Shown here one piece after another: positions 25,436 through 34,900 of a stretch of DNA of 64,000 bases. Below the pieces are notes generated by a model. It saw only the letters and a list, made by a program, of their open reading frames with translations. It made no database searches and was not told where the DNA came from. This DNA comes from a virus (lineage: Duplodnaviria; Caudoviricetes). The position numbers and the translations under genes are program-made. Positions within the stretch are counted from its first letter, which is position 1; each line of letters opens with the position of its first letter. The stretch is taken from the IMG/VR virus record IMGVR_UViG_3300024346_000003, one strand, 5' to 3'.

Positions 25436-26308
25436 TTACCATGTTTTATACATTGTTAATTCGTACCTACCACTAGGCATTCTGTAAATTGATACACGTA
25501 TATATCTATTAGCTTCATTACCTCTTTTATCCAGGATTGGTTCTCCATTCTGTAATAATGGGATATTTGCTGACTTCTCAGTTTCATATGATATCCCACC
25601 AGTACCAAAATTAGTCCAAATTGTCTGCTCATCAACTTCAAACCCTAATTGCGCTGCTTTTTGTCTAACAGCATCCAATACTTCACTTAAAGTTTCAAAG
25701 TATGTATCATTACCATCTTCATGTAAACTACTCTGAGCACCCTTAACAATAGAATCAGCAAAACTTGGTTTACTAAATTGACTTTCTACATTATCTTCAC
25801 TTAATCCGTAATTATGTTTGTATGAATCATAATCTTCTTGATTATTCCACGAATCCCACATATCATTCATATTCTTATCTTCTTTATCGGTCCATTCTTG
25901 ATTTGGGTGATTCATGTTTGATTTAAGCATAACAACATTATTGTTATCCATTTTTGATTGTTCAGCGAATGTTGTTAATTTTTTCAATAATTCAATTTCT
26001 CTTTGGTAATCAAATGAGGTTAAATCACTGGCACCTTCAATAGCATCTTGAAGACCTATTTTAGCTGTTTGTATCCCATTAATTAATTCAGAAAGAGATA
26101 TTTCCTCATCTTCCCTAATGTCAAAACCAAATTTATAAAGAATACCATAATCATCATAACCTATTTCAATTATTGGACTATTTGCTGATGGTCTATCAGC
26201 ATATTGTAGCGTTAAATCTTCACTAATTAAACCTTTAGATTGTAGATATCTTTGTTCAGCTAATAAATTAGCTTTTCTAATGTTATCTTTTTTATCAAAT
26301 CTTCTCAT
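25436..26308 (-). CDS. Protein with shared MRRFDK leader
   Basis: Same leader, unrelated body. Confidence 0.8.
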   Translation of the reverse strand: MRRFDKKDNIRKANLLAEQRYLQSKGLISEDLTLQYADRPSANSPIIEIGYDDYGILYKFGFDIREDEEISLSELINGIQTAKIGLQDAIEGASDLTSFDYQREIELLKKLTTFAEQSKMDNNNVVMLKSNMNHPNQEWTDKEDKNMNDMWDSWNNQEDYDSYKHNYGLSEDNVESQFSKPSFADSIVKGAQSSLHEDGNDTYFETLSEVLDAVRQKAAQLGFEVDEQTIWTNFGTGGISYETEKSANIPLLQNGEPILDKRGNEANRYIRVSIYRMPSGRYELTMYKTW

Positions 26309-26946
26309 TACAATAAGTTTCTAAACATTTCGTCAATTTTCCATTTAGGCATATCTAAATCCATGCTGAATAGAATATTTCTTATTTTCTCTTCTTCTTC
26401 TCTTTGTTCGTTAACATAACCTAGAGCAAATGAATATGTATCATTGTCATCTTCACCTTTAGCTTTATTAGCAATATCGTTCCAATTCTTAGTAACTTTC
26501 ATTTCATGCTCTAACGCTTTTGCAACAACGTCTCTAACATTATTAAAGTTAACTGGAACATTTTTAACATTAGGTACAATTGCTTTAGCATTTTTTTCAT
26601 AAAGATATGTGTATATTTTTGACATATGACCTAATTCTTCATCTGCATATTTAAAGAAAAGTGCAGAACCACCAATCCAACCTTCGTCATCTAACCATGC
26701 ACTAAATGCACGATATACTTGAGATGAGTAAAGTTCATTCTCGATTTGCTTATTTAAAATAGCTGTAATACCATTACTCAATCTAGCTTTTTGTTCGATA
26801 GAGTTCTTTTTAACTGCTTCTACAATAATTTCAGCATCATCATTTCTTTTAATTTTATTAAAAGTGTTTACAAAACTTTCCAACATAGCATTTTTAACTT
26901 CGTTTGCTTGTTCTTGTCTTTTAGTTTCTGATATAATTTTTTTCAT
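26308..26946 (-). CDS. Ferritin with N-terminal extension
   Basis: LNKQIENELYSSQVY, EELGH, EHE..VT, EQREEE ferroxidase pattern. Confidence 0.88.
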   Translation of the reverse strand: MKKIISETKRQEQANEVKNAMLESFVNTFNKIKRNDDAEIIVEAVKKNSIEQKARLSNGITAILNKQIENELYSSQVYRAFSAWLDDEGWIGGSALFFKYADEELGHMSKIYTYLYEKNAKAIVPNVKNVPVNFNNVRDVVAKALEHEMKVTKNWNDIANKAKGEDDNDTYSFALGYVNEQREEEEKIRNILFSMDLDMPKWKIDEMFRNLL

Positions 26947-26980
26947 GATATACTTTTAATTATAAATATCTTAAATTAAC

Positions 26981-27005
26981 AAAAAAACCACCCGAAGGTG
27001 GTTTA
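26981..27005. terminator. Intrinsic terminator
   Basis: AAACCACC-CGAA-GGTGGTTT. Confidence 0.8.
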
Positions 27006-28184
27006 TTATATTAGATTTTTGAATTTATCAACCTCAATAGCATTTATCGCTTGACCCACTTCAGGACCATCTTTTTGTAGATTATACTTTTCTTTAGCTT
27101 CTGGTCCAGAGGTCATTGGTAATTTTAAGTATTCCTCAAAGGAATCTAACAATTGTGAACTTATACCCATATTGGCACCAAAGTTTCTTAATTGGTCACT
27201 TGATAATCCAGATTTACCAAATAAAGCTTTTAATTTCGGTGCTGTGTCAATGTTCAAATTAACCATAGCGATTAATGTTGTTATCTTTTTAACTTCATCA
27301 GCACTGTATTTTAACTCATTTAGTTTTTTAGCTAACGGCATTAATTCATTTTTAGATAATAATATCGCAATCAATACAAGTGGGTCATCGTTATCTATAA
27401 ATCTTTTATTTACATTTAAACCTTTAAACACCCAAGAGAATAATTCATATTTATCAATCATCTCAAGAAATTGTTTAGTTGATTTAGCCGATGCTAACCC
27501 TTTAATAAATTCATCTCTAATTCTTTCACCAGAAATACCTTCAAGACTTGCATCTTTCATTAAAGCCGCATCAACTGCTGGGTCTAAATCAGAACCGAAT
27601 CTACCAGCAAATCTAATAGCTCTAAGTATTCTTAATCTATCTTCAGTAAATCTATCTTCTGGCGAACCTACAGTTCTAACAATACCATTTTTAAGGTCAT
27701 TAATACCACCTACTAAGTCAACAACCTCACCAGATTCAATATCGTAGAATAACGCATTAATTGTTAGGTCCCTTCTTTTAACATCACCCTCAATATCAGT
27801 AAATGATACAGCATCTGGTCTTCTACCGCCAGATAAATCTTCCCTGAAAGTGGCCACTTCGTATTCACCTTGGTCAGTAAATACGTTAATTACACCAAAT
27901 GCTTTACCTGTTGGTAATGTTTTTAACCCAGCTTTGGTCATCATATCTTCAACTTTATCTGGAACAGCATCAGTAGCGAGGTCATAATCTTTAGGTGTTT
28001 TACCTAATAATGCATCTCTAACCGCACCACCAACAACATATAATTTATGTCCGTTTTTAACGAATATATCTTTTATTTGTTGAATATCACTAGGTATTGG
28101 GATAGACATTTTAATTCTATCTTCGTTAATAATACCTTCTCTTAATATTTGTTTAATAGTTTGTTTCATAATGCAAATATACAT
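27006..28184 (-). CDS. cca: CCA-adding tRNA nucleotidyltransferase (class II)
   Basis: VGGAVRD..LG..PKDYDLAT, RRDLTINA, EDRLRILRAIRF. Confidence 0.88.
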   Translation of the reverse strand: MYICIMKQTIKQILREGIINEDRIKMSIPIPSDIQQIKDIFVKNGHKLYVVGGAVRDALLGKTPKDYDLATDAVPDKVEDMMTKAGLKTLPTGKAFGVINVFTDQGEYEVATFREDLSGGRRPDAVSFTDIEGDVKRRDLTINALFYDIESGEVVDLVGGINDLKNGIVRTVGSPEDRFTEDRLRILRAIRFAGRFGSDLDPAVDAALMKDASLEGISGERIRDEFIKGLASAKSTKQFLEMIDKYELFSWVFKGLNVNKRFIDNDDPLVLIAILLSKNELMPLAKKLNELKYSADEVKKITTLIAMVNLNIDTAPKLKALFGKSGLSSDQLRNFGANMGISSQLLDSFEEYLKLPMTSGPEAKEKYNLQKDGPEVGQAINAIEVDKFKNLI

Positions 28185-28223
28185 ACTTTATTTCATATAA
28201 CCAAATTATATCGTTCCTTTTAA

Positions 28224-29417
28224 TTAATGTACTAATAAAAATGTTTTATGAACATCCATTCTTTGTGCTGCAATATCACTATCACCAGTTGGTAATACAA
28301 TTACATCATATTTAAATTTTTCATCTTCTTTAGCTGGTAATTCATATTGATATTTAAGTCTATCTAATGGTACGTTATATTGTTTAGAAACCCTTCTCTT
28401 TAATTCTTCAGCACCACCTTTAATAAAATTAGGTAAACCTGTTGCTGGGTTTATATCATATTTTTTAGCTTTACCTGTTTCTGAGTCAACACCTTTGGTA
28501 AATAAATCAGTAAACATTTTATTACCTTCTGTATCTACTCTTTGAACGATATCCGAATACTTTGTTTTTTCTAAATCAACTTGTCTCAATTCTCTTTCAT
28601 GTGAACCTTTAGAAAAATTCATAATGAATTCATCATCTGATAAGTTTACATATTTTGCTTGTTTTGTATAAGCATAAGATTTAATATCAAACCCAGAGGC
28701 TAATAAATCCGCAGTAACTCTTTTAGCAATATCAAAATACTTATCACTAAAGAAATCACCAGCATCATTCCATCTAATAACTAATTGGTCAACTTGTCCT
28801 TCTCTTCTACCTTGTCTTTTTAATTTTACAGCTAGTGGTTCAAGTTCATCCATAATCATATTGTAGTATTCTTCTGGGTTATTCCAAAGTAAGTTAAGTC
28901 TTCTCATTAATTTAAGAATCTTACCATCATTCATACCATAAAAACCTTTTCTAGCGTAACAAACTAATTGACAAGCACCAGCACCAGGACATGTATTAAT
29001 ATGTTTGAATTGGCCATCACTTTCGTCATATACAATACCATTTATAGCTGGTAAACCAGTATTAACTGTAAATTGTGATTTACCTTTATCACTTTTTTCC
29101 ATTTTAGGGTTTTTATCAAAAATGGTTTGGGGTGTTGCTGTTATAAGTGATTTAAATTTATCAACATCTAATTCACCGTCTTTAGTTAAAACTTGTTTGA
29201 TTTGTTTTGTATGATAAATAACATCTTTCTTAGCACGACTATCTCGGTCTTTAGCTGAGACACCTAATCTATTTATCTCTTTGTTCATGTCATCAGCTAA
29301 TGATTGTGGTGTCACACATTTAGTTATTGCATCTGGGTGGTCTTCGGCACCCTCATTAATTAACGTATTGTAATAAACGCTAATTAATGATTCATTTAGT
29401 AATTCATGTATATTCAT
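28224..29417 (-). CDS. GP88-like Cys-cluster protein (radical-SAM-related)
   Basis: TCPGAGACQLVCYARKG and IRWNDAGDFFS. Confidence 0.7.
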   Translation of the reverse strand: MNIHELLNESLISVYYNTLINEGAEDHPDAITKCVTPQSLADDMNKEINRLGVSAKDRDSRAKKDVIYHTKQIKQVLTKDGELDVDKFKSLITATPQTIFDKNPKMEKSDKGKSQFTVNTGLPAINGIVYDESDGQFKHINTCPGAGACQLVCYARKGFYGMNDGKILKLMRRLNLLWNNPEEYYNMIMDELEPLAVKLKRQGRREGQVDQLVIRWNDAGDFFSDKYFDIAKRVTADLLASGFDIKSYAYTKQAKYVNLSDDEFIMNFSKGSHERELRQVDLEKTKYSDIVQRVDTEGNKMFTDLFTKGVDSETGKAKKYDINPATGLPNFIKGGAEELKRRVSKQYNVPLDRLKYQYELPAKEDEKFKYDVIVLPTGDSDIAAQRMDVHKTFLLVH

Positions 29418-29432
29418 ATTAATAAATATGTA

Positions 29433-30998
29433 TTATAATGTCATTGTTATATTTCCGTGTGGGTCTTCACTCACTTTTTTAAACCCATAATGTTTTTCCA
29501 TTGTATTTGCTAATGAATTATTAACAACATTCAACATAAATGTATAATTATCACCCCTTAATTGTTTCATCTTCTTGTATTTTTCAACAACACCATCGAT
29601 TAATTTTTGTGATAAACCTATTTTTCTGTATTCTGGGTCAATAATCATATGTGGACTAAATGCACCAGAAGTTTCAATCCAAGTTGCACCAACCAATCGA
29701 CCAGTTTCATCATCATATAGAATTTCAAATGGGTCAGCTGAACCAAAACTAATTTCACTAGTAGTTCTTAAGGTATTTGCTTGGTTATCTAAGGAATCAT
29801 ATAGGTCATCATCATCAATATTTACCAATTCAGATTTAACTATACCCTCATTTATATTTGGTTTATATGGTTCACCATTATCCAACCCATATTCAATAAT
29901 ATCATTATAAGCATTTATGAATTTTTTAGTGTACATATCCACCATAGATGGATTAACTTTTAATTTAACTTCTATTGGGTTTGATGATACTCTTATCACC
30001 TCATCTTCATTTTCACCAGTTAAGATATTAAAGTATTTGTGTTTAAATATAAAATCGTTTTGATTTGATTTAGCAACATATACAACTGGGATTGGGGTTG
30101 ATGCATATTCTTTTTTTGGTAAAATATTTAAAAAGAAATTGTCTTCAGCTTTTAACCCTTTTAAGTGGTGTTTTATAAATTCTTTACTAAGTTTATCAAT
30201 ATTAATATCAATAGCACCTGTAAATTGTTCGGCAATTTTTTCATCTGAAGTCCAACTTTGTATTGGTGTTCTTGGTGTGTATGTGTAATCAATACCTTCT
30301 TTACTTATTTTTAACCCATTTTTCATAAAAAAACTCAATGGTAAATAAGACCCTCTATATACTATTTCAGCATCTGGTATTAAAACTTCTGGATATACTG
30401 ATGCACATTTTTTTAAATTATATATGGCATCTACTAATTTTGAATTGATTCCGACACCAAATTCACTATCACCAAATTGATTTATTAATTTAGCGTATTC
30501 ATCTTCTAACCTAGTATTTTTTTCCTGACCACCAAACTGGTTACCAAATAATTCTTTACCGAATTTATCTAAACAACTAAGATTTTCTCCATTTTCATTT
30601 AGTTGTTTGTTTAATTGTAGTTCCATCTTACCATCATTGGTATCAACAAACCCAAACTTACTATAAAAACTATATAACCCAGCCTTATCAATCCCCTTTG
30701 TATCCATTGGTTCTGGTTCTAGTATTACAGAATTTAAACCTTTTTTAGTTGCATGGTTTATTGCTTTATTCATAAGCAATTTAGCATAACCACTACCTCT
30801 GTATTTATCTAATACATCTAATTGTAATATTTCCATTGTGGTATCCGAATAGGCTAATTCGATATCACCAACCATCTGGTCATTTGAATATAAAGTGATA
30901 ATTTCACCATTTGGTGATTTACTGAATATGAACTTATTATTTGTATAGTTTTCAGATAATAAATGCGTTCTTAATGTATTTTTAATAAATCCTTTCAC
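29433..30998 (-). CDS. Multidomain GNAT / ADP-ribosyltransferase-like / GNAT protein
   Basis: YRGSGYAKLL and FYSKFGF; YRG...QSWT...EDEV; YRKIGLSQKL and YGF. Confidence 0.7.
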   Translation of the reverse strand: MKGFIKNTLRTHLLSENYTNNKFIFSKSPNGEIITLYSNDQMVGDIELAYSDTTMEILQLDVLDKYRGSGYAKLLMNKAINHATKKGLNSVILEPEPMDTKGIDKAGLYSFYSKFGFVDTNDGKMELQLNKQLNENGENLSCLDKFGKELFGNQFGGQEKNTRLEDEYAKLINQFGDSEFGVGINSKLVDAIYNLKKCASVYPEVLIPDAEIVYRGSYLPLSFFMKNGLKISKEGIDYTYTPRTPIQSWTSDEKIAEQFTGAIDINIDKLSKEFIKHHLKGLKAEDNFFLNILPKKEYASTPIPVVYVAKSNQNDFIFKHKYFNILTGENEDEVIRVSSNPIEVKLKVNPSMVDMYTKKFINAYNDIIEYGLDNGEPYKPNINEGIVKSELVNIDDDDLYDSLDNQANTLRTTSEISFGSADPFEILYDDETGRLVGATWIETSGAFSPHMIIDPEYRKIGLSQKLIDGVVEKYKKMKQLRGDNYTFMLNVVNNSLANTMEKHYGFKKVSEDPHGNITMTL

Positions 30999-31465
30999 AA
31001 CCTTAATATCATTTCTTTATTATTTGACCATTTATCACTATGTGGTAAAATTTGAAAGCCAAAACTCTTATAGAAATTGGTCAAATTATTTATATTTAAT
31101 CCACTACTACCCATTGGTGATGCATTTAGGTAAATAATCTTTTCACCAATTTCTTTAGCGTATTGTATTGCTTGAGCAACTAATGCTTTACCGTAACCTT
31201 TATCTTTATAATCATCAGGTACAAATAGATGTTCAATTCTTAAAAATGTATCATCTGGGAAAAGCTCATCATATTCATCTTCACTCATATCATCTTCAAA
31301 CATCCAATAAACATTCATTAATTGTTCAACGATAATATTACCAACATTTGTTCTACCAACATGTGCAGATATGGTAACTCGACCATCATCGTCAAAAGTC
31401 GTAAATGTAATTGGGTTTTCAATTGCTTCATTATATAATGTTGTTAATTTCATTGTGCTAACCAT
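30995..31465 (-). CDS. GNAT acetyltransferase
   Basis: LFVPDDYKDKGYGKALV...FYKSFGF. Confidence 0.85.
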   Translation of the reverse strand: MVSTMKLTTLYNEAIENPITFTTFDDDGRVTISAHVGRTNVGNIIVEQLMNVYWMFEDDMSEDEYDELFPDDTFLRIEHLFVPDDYKDKGYGKALVAQAIQYAKEIGEKIIYLNASPMGSSGLNINNLTNFYKSFGFQILPHSDKWSNNKEMILRL

Positions 31466-32262
31466 TCGTCTAAACTCATACTTTTATCAAAAGCCTTATC
31501 CATTAAATCACCAATCTGAGTCATTATTTCATTTCTTCTTAATAATTTGAATGCAATGTTTTCTGCGGAAAATTCACCACCAGATTCAAGACCAGACTGT
31601 CTCATTTTTTTAATTCTATCTTTAAGTTTACCTAAACGAGTTGTGACAGTTTCCTCATTACCCTTTTTATATTGTTTTTTAATATCATTAAGAGTATCAA
31701 CTATTTTTTTGTATTTTTCCCTAACAGAGTTTTTATTTATTTTAGGTGCTGTTTTTTCAGGTTTTAATACCCATTTTTCATCCATTAATGAATAGACCCC
31801 AGTTGAATGATGTTCTTCATTTTTATCCTGGATATATAATTCAACATCATAATCTTTTATTTTAATATCATGATTATCATTCCAACTCCTTGTTTTAGCA
31901 CCGAGTAAATCTTTAACTAAATCTTTTTTATCACCAAATTTATTCATATCGATTACTATATGAATATCAAAATCAGAATATTTTGACCAATTATAATTAG
32001 CTAAACTACCTGTTAGAACAATATCGGTAATTGGTACATTTAATGATAGTGAATCATAATAACTTTTTGCGATTTTTATTAAAGTTTCTCTAATTTCTGA
32101 ATTTATAGTATCTTCTGATTCCCAAACCTTAGGGTTCAGTATTTTATTTACTTTAAATGAAGAAAAATCTAAATCATCAGTTATTTCATTTATCGCCGCA
32201 TCAATAAATAAACCTTCCCTTAATAATTTTTTAATTATATTACTCATACTAATAAATATCAA
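31450..32262 (-). CDS. Pol-beta-family nucleotidyltransferase (likely start 32248)
   Basis: LTGSLANYNWSKYSDFDIHI. Confidence 0.82.
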   Translation of the reverse strand: MIFISMSNIIKKLLREGLFIDAAINEITDDLDFSSFKVNKILNPKVWESEDTINSEIRETLIKIAKSYYDSLSLNVPITDIVLTGSLANYNWSKYSDFDIHIVIDMNKFGDKKDLVKDLLGAKTRSWNDNHDIKIKDYDVELYIQDKNEEHHSTGVYSLMDEKWVLKPEKTAPKINKNSVREKYKKIVDTLNDIKKQYKKGNEETVTTRLGKLKDRIKKMRQSGLESGGEFSAENIAFKLLRRNEIMTQIGDLMDKAFDKSMSLDEWLAQ

Positions 32263-32270
32263 TAATATAC

Positions 32271-32299
32271 AAAAAAACCCATTGTATTAATGGGTTTTT
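32271..32299. terminator. Intrinsic terminator
   Basis: AAAACCCATT/AATGGGTTTT. Confidence 0.75.
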
Positions 32300-32808
32300 A
32301 TTAATGCTTTACCTAATCGTATTACCCTTTCTTTAAATTCCTCAAAACCACCATTATTATCTATAATAATATCAGCATCACTTTTACCAATATTAAATGA
32401 AGAACTATCTTCTAATGGTAACCTTTTTGAAGCATCAACCCAAATGATTAAATCAAATAAGTCTTGTTGGATACATTCTTTAATTTCTTTTGAATCACGC
32501 ATGCCAACATAACAATCAGCTTGGTTTAATATTCCTTTGGCCAATCTAGCTTTGTCCTGGATATTATAATCACAAATTAACTGGTGCCACTCAGCTCTAT
32601 GGTTAACTCTATCTTCAAAACATTCAAAAGGTGTTTCATATCCATATTTTTTACTTAGCACATCGTAAATAAAAATTTCAGCAGCAGCTTCTGATGATGA
32701 TTTAAATCTTAATCCAAATTCATCTTGTAAAATTTCAGCCATAGAATCCTTTCCGTGGCGCATGTGCCCAACCAAACAAAGGGTTGGGAACTTTTTATTA
32801 TCTCTCAT
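32287..32808 (-). CDS. Deoxynucleoside monophosphate kinase-like protein
   Basis: VGHMRHGKD P-loop variant, YVGMRD, IWVDAS. Confidence 0.75.
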   Translation of the reverse strand: MRDNKKFPTLCLVGHMRHGKDSMAEILQDEFGLRFKSSSEAAAEIFIYDVLSKKYGYETPFECFEDRVNHRAEWHQLICDYNIQDKARLAKGILNQADCYVGMRDSKEIKECIQQDLFDLIIWVDASKRLPLEDSSSFNIGKSDADIIIDNNGGFEEFKERVIRLGKALIKTH

Positions 32809-32809
32809 A

Positions 32810-33589
32810 TTATTTATATTTAAATCTATAATTTTTACATTTATTTTTTTTACTTTTTAAACATGCGAACTGTATTGCCCCGCCAGTTACATTAATAAAC
32901 TCAGCAGCGGCTTTAGCTGATTCAAACTCCATAATGAAATTATAATCTAAATCAAACATCAACACTTTTTTAGCCCTAATACTTTTTTTATTTTTAACAA
33001 AACTACCAGAATTAGGTTTGTGAATAATTGTAAATCTATCTTTTATTTTTAATTTTAATTCTTCATCAGTTAATTTAATTATATCATTTAAATAAAACCA
33101 AGTGTACCCCTTAACTGTTTTATTTTTACACTTAAAGCTACAACAGCAAGGTATATTACTTTTATGTACATTAAAATATTTTGTAGCATCCTCAGCTGTA
33201 TCAAACTCATAAGTTTTTTCACAATCCACATTATAACCAACCACTTTTTTACCACGTTGCCCTTTTTTAAATGATGTTTGATTAGCAAATGTACAACCAT
33301 CACCACCATTTGTGTAATTTATTAAATCAAACCCCCAGGTTTTCATTTGACTAATCCAATATGTTTCCCAAAAAATCCAATCTTCAATCGGTACAATATC
33401 AATCACTTCTATTATTGGTTTTAGGTCTTGTTTTTTTAATTTTTCAATCCAATTTTTTTTATGTACTTGGTGTTTTCTAGCTCTATTTAAATGTGCCTTA
33501 TATCTTTGACTTACATCATTAGCTTTACCAACATATCTAACCATATTTGTTGTTGGGTCAATTAACACGTAAATATTTGTTGTTTCCAT
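32810..33589 (-). mobile_element. GIY-YIG homing endonuclease with NUMOD1-like repeats
   Basis: IYVLIDP...RYVGKA...QRYKAH. Confidence 0.88.
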
Positions 33590-33635
33590 ATCTATTTTTA
33601 TAATAAATATGTAAAAAATTAAAAAAAGTTACAAT

Positions 33636-33680
33636 CCCATGCCTAGCGTGACCAATAATTAATAACTTTGGTAAACTCAT
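33636..33680 (-). pseudogene. Orphaned original 5' end of the dNMP kinase gene
   Basis: MSLPKLLIIGHARHG behind a promoter matches the GHMRHG of 32287-32808. Confidence 0.7.
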
Positions 33681-33729
33681 AATTTATAATTTTTTACAAA
33701 TATACTACATATTTTAAATTTATGCAAAT

Positions 33730-33861
33730 AAAAAACCCCACTATATTAGTGGGGTGTAATCACTTTCGTGACCCTTCAGAAAGATGTTTTTTCTTTTTTA
33801 TCTAAATCTAAGTTTTTTTAAGTTTGCAGTAATCTTTCTTTGTCCCGTGTTTATAACGAGA
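33730..33861 (-). ncRNA. Candidate stand-alone small RNA
   Basis: TATATTTG promoter at 33866-33873 and terminator at 33730-33755, with no ATG-initiated ORF between; several stems. Confidence 0.5.
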
Positions 33862-33891
33862 TATGCAAATATACTACAATTTTTAAATATA

Positions 33892-34104
33892 TCAACTTTT
33901 TTTATCAAAAAGTTCAACAATTATAAATATTTCATGTTTATGAGTCATATTATGGATTACATTTAAAACTCTAAAATATTGTTCTTGATTATTTAAATAG
34001 ATAAACTCACCATATCTTGGAATGTGTCTAACACTCATTTTTGGTACTATCATACCCCATTTTTCATCCATTAATGATATATTATATTTTCTAAACATAT
34101 TCAA
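33892..34104 (-). CDS. Hypothetical protein
   Basis: 70-aa ORF. Confidence 0.6.
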   Translation of the reverse strand: MNMFRKYNISLMDEKWGMIVPKMSVRHIPRYGEFIYLNNQEQYFRVLNVIHNMTHKHEIFIIVELFDKKS

Positions 34105-34200
34105 ATATAATTAATTAACAAAAAAAATAAATAATAATCTTTATTAATTGTAATTGTCAATTATATTTATAAGTATAACAATCATTAAAACCCTTTAACT

Positions 34201-34248
34201 ATGAAATGTGGATGCGGTAAACCAAAACCAACTAGACCTAGAAATTAA
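34201..34248 (+). CDS. Microprotein MKCGCGKPKPTRPRN
   Basis: ATATTTAT motif and A-rich leader upstream, terminator at 34284-34313 downstream. Confidence 0.45.
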   Translation: MKCGCGKPKPTRPRN

Positions 34249-34283
34249 TATATTTCTGGATTATTTTGCAAAATTATTCGAAT

Positions 34284-34313
34284 AAAAAAGGACCCCTATT
34301 GGAGTCCTTTTTT
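34284..34313. terminator. Bidirectional terminator
   Basis: AAAAAAGGAC ... GTCCTTTTTT. Confidence 0.75.
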
Positions 34314-34331
34314 ATGTTTTGTAATTATAGT

Positions 34332-34754
34332 TTATACGATTTCAACAACTTCTAATTCGAATACTAATGTTTTACCAGCCATTGGGTGATTACCATCTAA
34401 TATTACAAATTCTTCATTAACTTCTTTAACAACAACATTAAATGAACCCTGTTCTGTTTCAGTTGTTAACATTTCACCAACTGTTACGGTTTCTGGAACA
34501 AATTTCTTTGGAACTTCCTGAACCATTTCAGTGATAATCTCACCATATGCTTCATTAGGCGGTAATGTAACTGTTTTACTTTCACCAATTTCCATTCCAA
34601 TTATTGCATTTTCAAAACCAGGGATTACTTGTTTACCACCTACGGTAAATGTAATTGGTTCGTTTCTTTGTACTGATGAGTCAAACACTTGACCATCTTC
34701 GAAGGTTCCAGTATAATGTACTTTAACTGTGCTACCATTTTCAACTTTACTCAT
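34332..34754 (-). CDS. FKBP-type peptidyl-prolyl isomerase (SlyD/SlpA-like)
   Basis: VKVHYTG...FDSS...IPGFE...AYG...DGNHPMAGKTLVF. Confidence 0.92.
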   Translation of the reverse strand: MSKVENGSTVKVHYTGTFEDGQVFDSSVQRNEPITFTVGGKQVIPGFENAIIGMEIGESKTVTLPPNEAYGEIITEMVQEVPKKFVPETVTVGEMLTTETEQGSFNVVVKEVNEEFVILDGNHPMAGKTLVFELEVVEIV

Positions 34755-34824
34755 AATTTTAATTTTTCTTTCAATTTTATATACAATAATATCAAATTAA
34801 AATCAAAATGTAAATACTAAAAAT

Positions 34825-34855
34825 AAAAAAACCCAACATGCGATTATGTTGGGTT
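34825..34855 (-). terminator. Terminator downstream of tmRNA
   Basis: AACCCAACAT-AATCGC-ATGTTGGGTT plus T-run. Confidence 0.8.
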
Positions 34856-34900
34856 AGATTATTCTAAACTCGTGGTAGTTTGAGTTAGAAGCGTTAAGCG

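Noticed and set aside
33784-33966. 60-aa plus-strand ORF
   Set aside because: Phe-rich low-complexity read across a minus-strand promoter and candidate sRNA.
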